Virus record (IMG/VR): IMGVR_UViG_3300043449_002710
Span: 159,261 to 223,260 of that record
DNA: 64,000 nt
Strand: one strand, 5' to 3'
The notes under the pieces were generated by a model that did not search any database, was not told where the DNA came from, and was given only the letters and a program-made list of their open reading frames with translations. Of this stretch, positions 56,401 through 64,000 are shown one piece after another. Position 1 is the first letter of the stretch. Each line of letters starts with the position of its first letter. Made by a program: the position numbers and the translations under genes.

Positions 56401-56613
56401 ATGGATAAAATCTATGTCATCTATAAAGATGATTTTGGTTATTTTTTAAAAGCCATCCAGATCGGCGATGGCTTCAAGCTGATCCCCTTAGATGAAATCT
56501 TAGATCGAAGCCAAACCTTGGCTGAGATCCGCACAAAAATTCCGGCCAAAAAAATTGTTCGAATGGAGAGGTTTTCCGTGCCTGATCCTGCCTTCGTGGA
56601 GGCTTGGTTTTAA
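56401..56613 (+). CDS. Hypothetical protein
   Basis: 70 aa; TAGTAAAT motif 7 nt upstream. Confidence 0.55.
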   Translation: MDKIYVIYKDDFGYFLKAIQIGDGFKLIPLDEILDRSQTLAEIRTKIPAKKIVRMERFSVPDPAFVEAWF

Positions 56614-56671
56614 ATGGACCTTTATCTGCAAATCGCTTGGACTAACGGGTATGGGATTTGTTAGAGTTTTG

Positions 56672-57043
56672 TTAGGTCTTATCAAAAATAATTTGAAGTT
56701 CTTTAAGTAGAGCGGCTTTATTTTCATCAGAAAAACGGTTTTTGAGCTTTTCACGAATAACAATTCTGTCGTAATCAAATATCTCACGCATTTCATCAAC
56801 TTTTGCTGATGAGCTGGATAACTCTAGCTCCGCAATCTCCCTAACTAGCTCCCGTAAACTTGTTCCTTGGACTGTAGAGAAATGTTGAAAAACTTGAGAA
56901 AGAGTCTCAAATCCCTCTTTACTCATACTGTTCTTAACTTCAAGAGAATGACCCAAGCTGTATAAATCAAAATTCTTTTGGTAAACTTTCGCTAAAAAAA
57001 TCACCATATCTTTTAAAATCTGAACCTTTTTTTCTGTTTCCAT
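56672..57043 (-). CDS. Hypothetical protein
   Basis: 123 aa, helical, GAGG RBS. Confidence 0.65.
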   Translation of the reverse strand: METEKKVQILKDMVIFLAKVYQKNFDLYSLGHSLEVKNSMSKEGFETLSQVFQHFSTVQGTSLRELVREIAELELSSSSAKVDEMREIFDYDRIVIREKLKNRFSDENKAALLKELQIIFDKT

Positions 57044-57147
57044 TACATACGCCTCTTTTAAAGACTACCATTCCAATCGCTTATCATATTTATCGGGTCG
57101 GTTTTGGTCGAACCCAATTAAGTCCGCATGGCTCGGAATGGAAGTCC

Positions 57148-57333
57148 GTGATGCGAAATCTAAAGCTTCCGCCCGATCGGTGCCACGATGTCTCTCGGAG
57201 TGAACTGAAGAAGCTGAAACAAAAATGGCAAATGGAGAAGGCGCAGCAATCCAGAGAAATTAACTCCAGCGATCCTCAGTTTACGCTAAGCGCAAACTCG
57301 AAGCCTAAAATTTTCCGTTTGACGGCACTTTGA
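57148..57333 (+). CDS. Hypothetical protein
   Basis: 61-aa ORF with a weak RBS. Confidence 0.3.
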   Translation: MMRNLKLPPDRCHDVSRSELKKLKQKWQMEKAQQSREINSSDPQFTLSANSKPKIFRLTAL

Positions 57334-58703
57334 AAATTTCCTAAGCCCAAAAGTCTCTGAACGAAAATTCAGACGGATTTCGTGGCCGCCATGGCCACCA
57401 CTTCGCTGTCGGGGATTCCTCTGCTGGAATCGCCAAGGATGCAAAACCTGGGCAGGAAATTCGTGATCGGGGCCTACAGAACAGTTCGCAGGCCAAACGC
57501 CAGAAGCTCTCGGGTGCGCTCGGGATTGGGGAGGGCGTGAACTCGGTGCGAGATCAGCTCGCGCAAATGCAACCCCAGAAATGCCGATGCTGAATTCATC
57601 GGGCATTACCTCGACGGCTCGGCAAACCCCGGATTGGGATTTTCTTGAAGCGACCAGAGGGCACTTCTAGCGGCGATTTTCGCCGTTTAGAATTCGTCCC
57701 TCTCCGGTCGGCGACCCTGGATTGGTCAACTATTCTTTCTTTTCTGAAATATTCTGGGGAAGATCTGGGGGTTTTCTTCGCGTGCGTGCGTGCGCGTGAG
57801 ACTAGGGCTAAGACTTGAGACTAGGCTTGGGCTCTAGGCGCGAGCGTAGCGAGCGTCTAGGGCACCCGTTCCCGTTCCCCGGGCGAAGCCTACCGATCTC
57901 GCTGAGCGCGAAGCGCGAAGCGAAAGAACCCCCCGCCTTCGGGACGCGAAGCGTCCCTGGGGGAACACAAGACAGATTCGTAGGCTTAGGGTATATCCCA
58001 AGACTAAGCTTAAGCTTAAGACCCAAGACTCGCGTACACGCGAAGGGTAGGGGAATGGCGTAGAATACGCGCCCGCGCACGCGAAGCGTAGACAAGGCGT
58101 AAGGGGTAGGCTAAGACTTAGGCTCAGGTCTTCAGCCTAGGGTGTCCAGGCTTTGGACACCGGGGTCTCGGGTGACGCTCTAAAATGCCCTAGAATCGAT
58201 TTCTGGGTGTTGCTTGCGGGATAGGTATTGCCTTGGGGTCAAAATTCAAACCTGAGCCAGATCTGTGCGTCTGATGCGAAATGGCGGGATGGGTCTGAGG
58301 CGGAAAACAGGCAGGAGTGAGATTTGAGTTTCAGGAAAGCTCAGGCTGTTTGATTTCCTGAAAATAAAACCAAATCGGTTGAAAAGCAAGAAAAAAATAA
58401 TCGATCTGTTCTCTCAAACGATTGGTTGGGAGCAGAGAGTCAATTTATTCTTTTTAAAATAATATAAGACGAAGCCTTCTCCGAGAGTTAGCCGTCTTCA
58501 TTCAGCACCTCATCACCACCGAAATCTCTCAGAGTTATTAAAATAAATATAAATATATTTGATACTTAAAGAACATTTGTTTGGTCTTTAAAACCTGAAG
58601 CCACCTTAAACAAACTCCAAACTCCTAAGTTATTTGGTTATTTTAGCTGAGAAAGATTTCTGGTTATTTTTGGTAAAAAGGGATCTGAAAGGTAGGCGGC
58701 AAA
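57334..58703. other. Long non-coding region, origin- or terminus-like
   Basis: No credible ORF for ~1.4 kb; CGTG microsatellite, five GCGAAGC units, TAAGCTTAAGCTTA palindrome, CTAGG/CTAAG repeats, then an AT-rich block at ~58540-58680. Confidence 0.55.
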
Positions 58704-60104
58704 GTGTTCATCAACAAATACGCACGTAAGCTTGGGGTGATGGAGTATCTGGGGACGTGGAATGCCTCCACGAATCTGACTTCTTTGGGCACTTCATTGA
58801 CCAGTGGCGTGGGTCAAAAAAATGGATATTTTGTCGTTTTGGTCGGGGGTTCCACGGAATTGGACGGGATCTCGGATTGGAAGCCACAGGACTGGGCCGT
58901 TTTCAACGGAACGCACTGGTTGAAGGACGACAATTCGGAGCCTGTGACCTCGGTGGCTGGCAAGACCGGGGATGTGGTTCTCACAGTGGGGGACATCGGA
59001 GGGTATGAGGCCTCGACCCAGAGCCTGATTGCGGTGGCAGAGACCTCGCTCTATGCGGCGGTAGCTGTCGAGTATAGCCGAGCTGTCTTGGCTGAGACGA
59101 CTCTTCAGACCCACATTGACGCGAAAGTGACGGCCAACGCTGCCATCAGCGGGGCGACTAAAACGAAAATCACTTATGACGCTAAGGGATTGGTGACCGC
59201 AGGGGCGGATGCCAGCTTGGATGACTTAGGGGATGTGGCGATCTCAAACCCCTTGACCGATCAGTTTTTGGCTTTCAACGGCTCCAACTGGATCAATTCG
59301 AGTGGCGCTGTGGTGAACGCAGGCCCTGGGGTGACCTACTTTCTCTCCACAGTCTCAGGTGGGGTATCGGGCTACGAGACGATCTCCAAAACCCCAGACA
59401 CCGCCAGTGAATCCGACGAGACGGTGACCGTCAACAACAACACCGTCTTGTTTCACGCCTATATCTCCGATGCCGCGATCAATAAAACCACGATCGATGC
59501 CGGGATCTGGGAGTTCAATTTCTTCTCTTATGTGAGCACGCTGCACGCCCACTTCGTGGTCGATGTTTATAAAAGGACTTCAGGCGGGACCGAGACTCTG
59601 CTTTTCTCGGTCGAAAGCGGGCTGGTGAACTGGACTTTCATCGATCTGCTCAATGTCACGACCGTTCAACCTCAGTTTACCTGTAATGCGACTGATAAAC
59701 TCGTGGTGAAGATCTCGGGCACGACGACTAAGACCAGCGATGTCGTGCTTCACTTGCTGCATTCGGGAAATACCCATTATTCGCATTTTCATACGCCCTT
59801 GGTGGTTTCGCATAATGATATTGCGGGATTACAAGGCGGGGTTTCCAATGAATATTATCACCTGAGTTCGAGCGAGTACACTGGGGTTGGAAGCGGGGCT
59901 TTTGTCCGGTCGAGTGCCTTAGGTGATTATGTCCCTAAGACCACCACCGTCAACGGACATGCACTGTCTTCAAATGTCACTGTGACTAAATCGGATGTAG
60001 GCCTAGGGAATGTGGATAACACCTCGGACCTAGATAAACCTGTTTCAACTGCCCAGCAGCAAGCCATCGATAAAGCTGCTTATTATTTCGCTATCGTGTT
60101 GTGA
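58704..60104 (+). CDS. Fibre-like virion protein
   Basis: 466 aa; YLGTWNASTN...DWAVFNG..W...VTSVAGKTGDVVL; one EYSRAVLAETTL unit; KITYDAKGLVT; VTKSDVGLGNVDNTSDLDKPVSTA. Confidence 0.75.
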   Translation: MFINKYARKLGVMEYLGTWNASTNLTSLGTSLTSGVGQKNGYFVVLVGGSTELDGISDWKPQDWAVFNGTHWLKDDNSEPVTSVAGKTGDVVLTVGDIGGYEASTQSLIAVAETSLYAAVAVEYSRAVLAETTLQTHIDAKVTANAAISGATKTKITYDAKGLVTAGADASLDDLGDVAISNPLTDQFLAFNGSNWINSSGAVVNAGPGVTYFLSTVSGGVSGYETISKTPDTASESDETVTVNNNTVLFHAYISDAAINKTTIDAGIWEFNFFSYVSTLHAHFVVDVYKRTSGGTETLLFSVESGLVNWTFIDLLNVTTVQPQFTCNATDKLVVKISGTTTKTSDVVLHLLHSGNTHYSHFHTPLVVSHNDIAGLQGGVSNEYYHLSSSEYTGVGSGAFVRSSALGDYVPKTTTVNGHALSSNVTVTKSDVGLGNVDNTSDLDKPVSTAQQQAIDKAAYYFAIVL

Positions 60105-60113
60105 GGAGCTACA

Positions 60114-63100
60114 ATGAGAACTTTAATTCAGAATTATACTTTTAATAAGTCTGCTAAACAGATTACCTTTACTGATTACGCCTCAATTGTTTTAGAAAAG
60201 GTTCTTTTAGTAACCGATGTTACAAACAACACAACAATCTATCAAGCAAATGACCCATCTAAAGGCGGGACAATTGCAGGAAATGTTTTAACTTTAACAT
60301 ACGATACAACTGGCTCAAGTTTTGCTAACGGGGATAAACTTCAAGTATTTTATGAAGCCGATGCTGAAAATGTTTCTGTAACTTCTTCTGCACTTCCTAC
60401 TGGAGCGGCAACGGCGGCAAAACAGCCTTCACTTGGTACGGCAGGTACGCCATCAGCAGATGTAATTACAGTGCAGGGGACCACTTCAATGACCCCTGTA
60501 AAAGTCGATGGTTCGGCGGTAACTCAGCCTGTCAGCGGTTCTGTGACCGTTTCAGGTACGGTTACGGCAAATCTAGGAACGATTGACGGTGTTGCAACAG
60601 ATACGACACTTGCTGAGACTCATGGTTCTGTTTCGGGTGGTACTGCCGCTACGAAGTCTGATTTAGCTGGCGGTGTTCATAATTCTTCGGCTCCTTCTTT
60701 AACAAATGGGCAGCAGGCAAGTCTTCAGCTTGATGCTTCTGGCAGTTTGAAAACCACGCTTGAAGGTGGATTTGTAAGCACGCTAAACAGCACCACAACC
60801 CCTCTTTCGGTCAGCGGTGTGTTCACGGGATCGTGGGAAGACGTCACTAACTACGCCTCGATCACTACAATCACAAAGTCGGATGTAGCGAGTACTCTTT
60901 ACGCTGAGTTCTCGCCGGATGGGACAAATGTAGACCGTACCCTCCAGCTCAATGATGGCACTTCTGGAGACATTGGGATTCACACTCTGATTCCTGTCGC
61001 TAAATATTTCCGAATGCGGCTCGTGAATGATGGCTCGTCGCAGACCTACTTACGCCTTCAAGTCCTGTTGAACAAAACAGGCCGCGTCGCGTTGCCAGTT
61101 TCGCGTTTTAACACCGCAATCGGTGAGTACACCGATGTTCTGAACGTGAGAGCCGGGGTGGTGGGCAAGTACAATACGACACCGCCTACTCTGACAGACG
61201 GACAACGCACCGATATTCAGCTCGATAAAAACGGGAGATTGGTGACGAGTTTTGTCGCTTCAGTGAAAGAATCCAGCACTTCAGCGTTGTCTGCTAATGC
61301 GACGTACACAAGTCAGACCTTTGACACTGTTAACGGTCAAAATTTCATGTCGGCTTCTGTGTTCAGTACGACAGACATGCTCATCTACTACGATGAGAGT
61401 TCAGACGGCACGAATTGGGCGACTGTTGACGAATCGTTTGTAAAATCTGGAGAGCACAACGACGCCTCTCACAAAATCTCTTCGCGCTACTGTCGCGTTC
61501 GTGTACAGAATGGAATCGTGGCTAATGCTGGTGGTATTGCAAATCTGTATATTGCAATCTCACAAGATGCGTTCGGTGTGCAGCAAGACGTTGCGTTGGT
61601 CGATCAATTTGGTGGGCGCATTACGTCAGATACGAGTTGGGGTCTGAGAGTTAGAACGCCGCAGGACACTGAAACTTTCGGTGCTGGCATCAATCATGCC
61701 CGAATCTCTCAAGTCTCTGCTAATTTTTCGCAGTCACTAACGTTCAATGATGTAACCCAGACAGTAACTTCGACGGGAACGATCGCAGCAGCGAACGGTT
61801 CGGCGACGTTAGCAACGGGGACAAGTACGTCTTCAACTGCTAAACTAAATTCAAACACCACATTATCATACACTCCTGGTCGCGAAGCTTACGCAGTTTT
61901 CACCGCCGCATTCACAACTCCGACCAACGCCAACTCGTATCAGCGCATCGGTCTTTACGACACGTCGAACGGGTTTTTTGTTGGCTACAGCGGGACGAGC
62001 TTCGGTGTGACGTGGCGGCAAAATGGTGTTGATACGTTCACCGCTCTGACGAGCGCGAACGAAGACACCCTATCAGGGCAAGTGAACTCATTCTTTACTC
62101 GCGGCGGTGTACCCGAAGCTATCGACCCAACTAAAAAGAACATCTACCGCATCCGATTTGGCTGGCTTGGAGCCGCACCAATTCGATTCGAAGTCATGTC
62201 CCCTGATGGGCGCTGGGCCAGATTCCACGTCATTCGCTATCCGAATACTGCTATAAATCCATCGCTGTATTCCATTTCTATTCCGGTCACTGCTGAAGTG
62301 AGCAAGACCACATCAAACGCAACTAATCTTCAGCTCAGTACGTCGTCGTGGGATGCTGGTGTTGTGGATGCACCAGACGTTGATTTGGACTATAACGGCA
62401 CGATCTCTGCTGTGAATGGTGCGGTTACATCACAAACAAAAAGTAAGGGAACTATTTCCTTTTCACTAACAGGAACGTGGTCAGGTACGCTTGTGATTGA
62501 AGCGCACAACGGCGATTCGAGCTGGACACAGGTCACGGGCTACACATCCGCAGGTTCTCCAGTTACCTCGATCACAACCAACCAGTTCTTTTTCGTGAAC
62601 TGCGCCGCTTTCACACAAGTTCGTTTAAGAGCGAGCGCACTCGCATCCGGCTCCGTTACAGTACAGACTACAGCGACACACTCGTTAGTTTCGATCTTCA
62701 CACAAACGGAAGGTAACTCTGCAGCAGGGGTGACTGACACAGGCAATCCGTTAAAGGTGGGGGGTCTTGGTAAGACAACACAGCCCACAGCGGTTACTGA
62801 TGGTCAGAGAACCAATATTTTGACTGATAAGTTGGGTCGAGTAATTGTAGCTCCGGGTCATGTTAGAGATTTGGTAACTCGACAGTACACGCAGCTTACT
62901 AATACGATAACTACAGCCATTGTAACTGCTGTCGCAGCGACCTTTAACGATATAACCACGTTAGTTATCACAAACGCCTCTAACCAATCGGTCAACTTGA
63001 CTTTGGCAGATGGCGCTACTACTGTTGCCGTTTTCAACCTTGCCGCTAACGGTGGTTTAGTATTTAACCCAACTGTTCCTTTAAAACAATCGGCGGTTAA

Positions 63101-63173
63101 TACGGCTTGGAACGCAACGTTGTCAGCTACGGCCACAGTGAACGTGACTGCAATTGCAGTTCAGAATATTTAA
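60114..63173 (+). CDS. Large Thr/Ser-rich, beta-structured fibre or receptor-binding protein
   Basis: 1019 aa, GAGGAG RBS; three copies of a PxLTDGQ...QLDxxG motif; RIGLYD..NGFF...RFGWLG lectin-like segment. Confidence 0.7.
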   Translation: MRTLIQNYTFNKSAKQITFTDYASIVLEKVLLVTDVTNNTTIYQANDPSKGGTIAGNVLTLTYDTTGSSFANGDKLQVFYEADAENVSVTSSALPTGAATAAKQPSLGTAGTPSADVITVQGTTSMTPVKVDGSAVTQPVSGSVTVSGTVTANLGTIDGVATDTTLAETHGSVSGGTAATKSDLAGGVHNSSAPSLTNGQQASLQLDASGSLKTTLEGGFVSTLNSTTTPLSVSGVFTGSWEDVTNYASITTITKSDVASTLYAEFSPDGTNVDRTLQLNDGTSGDIGIHTLIPVAKYFRMRLVNDGSSQTYLRLQVLLNKTGRVALPVSRFNTAIGEYTDVLNVRAGVVGKYNTTPPTLTDGQRTDIQLDKNGRLVTSFVASVKESSTSALSANATYTSQTFDTVNGQNFMSASVFSTTDMLIYYDESSDGTNWATVDESFVKSGEHNDASHKISSRYCRVRVQNGIVANAGGIANLYIAISQDAFGVQQDVALVDQFGGRITSDTSWGLRVRTPQDTETFGAGINHARISQVSANFSQSLTFNDVTQTVTSTGTIAAANGSATLATGTSTSSTAKLNSNTTLSYTPGREAYAVFTAAFTTPTNANSYQRIGLYDTSNGFFVGYSGTSFGVTWRQNGVDTFTALTSANEDTLSGQVNSFFTRGGVPEAIDPTKKNIYRIRFGWLGAAPIRFEVMSPDGRWARFHVIRYPNTAINPSLYSISIPVTAEVSKTTSNATNLQLSTSSWDAGVVDAPDVDLDYNGTISAVNGAVTSQTKSKGTISFSLTGTWSGTLVIEAHNGDSSWTQVTGYTSAGSPVTSITTNQFFFVNCAAFTQVRLRASALASGSVTVQTTATHSLVSIFTQTEGNSAAGVTDTGNPLKVGGLGKTTQPTAVTDGQRTNILTDKLGRVIVAPGHVRDLVTRQYTQLTNTITTAIVTAVAATFNDITTLVITNASNQSVNLTLADGATTVAVFNLAANGGLVFNPTVPLKQSAVNTAWNATLSATATVNVTAIAVQNI

Positions 63174-63175
63174 TT

Positions 63176-63826
63176 ATGGCGTACACTTTCGATACATCAG
63201 CTTTTCTAGCAGGATCGACTAGCACGTCAATCACAGTTTCGTTAACCCCGACAGCAGGGGCAACGGCGATCGTGTTGGGTATTGCTGTTGGCTCCCCGAA
63301 TCCTCGACAAGGCGGTTCCCCTACTTTTGCCGGAATCCCCATGATCCTATCGACCACTCAAGCCAGTACCGGGTCTAACGGTAACAACGTGGAGATTTGG
63401 TATCTGCCACGACCACCCATCGGTGCAGCGAGCGTGGTGGTTCCGAACACCAGTGCATTAGCTGTGACCGCAGTGGCTGCCTCTTTCAAAGCTGCGGCTG
63501 GGTTAGACTCAGCAGTTGACGCGTTAGGAGGTAGCGGCGGTAACGCGGCCACCCCTACTGCCACCCTCACCACAACTGGCTCAGGGGACGCATTATTTTG
63601 TATTGGTATGTCAGACGGAAGTGCCCTATCCGCACCAACACACACAAATATCACGGCGGGAACTACATCGGTGACGCAGAACCACGCTGTTCAGTACGCG
63701 CTCCAAGCAACGGCTGGCGCGATCACAATGAGCTGGTCTGCGACAACCGGGAAATACTCCATAGCAGCCATCTCTTTAGTAGAGGCTTCGGGAAACCGGG
63801 GGATGATGACTGGAGTTGGGGCTTAG
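63176..63826 (+). CDS. Beta-rich fibre-associated virion protein
   Basis: ATG (MAYTFD) 2 nt after the upstream stop; VEIWYL...GAASVVV; ends NRGMMTGVGA. Confidence 0.65.
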   Translation: MAYTFDTSAFLAGSTSTSITVSLTPTAGATAIVLGIAVGSPNPRQGGSPTFAGIPMILSTTQASTGSNGNNVEIWYLPRPPIGAASVVVPNTSALAVTAVAASFKAAAGLDSAVDALGGSGGNAATPTATLTTTGSGDALFCIGMSDGSALSAPTHTNITAGTTSVTQNHAVQYALQATAGAITMSWSATTGKYSIAAISLVEASGNRGMMTGVGA

Positions 63827-63946
63827 TGAATCCAGCTCCTACGCTGTTCGCTCTTTCTCAGTGGCAAGAACAGCCCCAACAGGAACTTCTTTGGCCCCCA
63901 CTTTTGCAGGCATTGCCTTAACTCAGGTCGGCACTGTCCAAATCTC

Positions 63947-63962
63947 GGGGGGGGGGGGGGGG
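63947..63962 (+). repeat. G16 homopolymer
   Basis: 16 consecutive G residues. Confidence 0.9.
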
Positions 63963-64000
63963 AATGGGGCGCAAACGGAGCTTTGGTACTTATTGAATCC

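Noticed and set aside
57808-58095. ORFs of 82-95 aa across the low-complexity repeat region, resembling replication-initiator linkers
   Set aside because: No RBS and no flanking domains; better explained as non-coding repeats.
1-64000. Stop-codon reassignment, as in some large phages
   Set aside because: Long genes are intact under the standard code, and TAA, TAG and TGA all end genes at sensible junctions.
1-64000. tRNA, tmRNA or rRNA genes
   Set aside because: No T-loop plus cloverleaf or rRNA signature was recognised by eye, including in the GC-rich 40113-40299 and 57334-58200 stretches. A tRNAscan-SE/Infernal run would be needed to exclude them.

Overview
This window looks like 64 kb of a large (jumbo-type) tailed dsDNA phage genome. 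It is densely coded in the standard code, with AAGGAG-type ribosome binding sites, sigma70-like promoters and many apparently leaderless genes. I found no rRNA, tRNA, CRISPR array, reverse transcriptase, major capsid, portal or terminase. Contents: (1) scattered virion genes: a tape-measure-like protein, a tail-chaperone pair joined by a candidate -1 frameshift, fibre proteins with EYSRA coiled-coil repeats, three collagen-like (GPT)n proteins and a HK97/herpes-fold prohead protease candidate; (2) five glycosyltransferase genes and a cupin; (3) Pol III-type replication genes (DnaB-like helicase, DnaX-like clamp loader, probable sliding clamp) plus SbcD, RuvC-like and HNH nucleases; (4) a tubulin/FtsZ-family gene next to a DnaJ gene; (5) two tandem PAPS-reductase-like PP-loop genes and a truncated DNA methyltransferase; (6) a ~1.4 kb non-coding, origin-like region with clustered GCGAAGC mini-hairpins. 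The most striking unexplained pattern is a short motif, K-[YF]-P-x-[LV]-x-x-[VI]-L, found in about a dozen otherwise unrelated proteins, mostly at their N-termini. A 1220-aa mosaic protein also carries repeated x-x-Ala-Ser linkers. Together with the protease, these suggest a capsid-cargo targeting and processing system. All functional calls come from reading motifs by eye; no database search was run.
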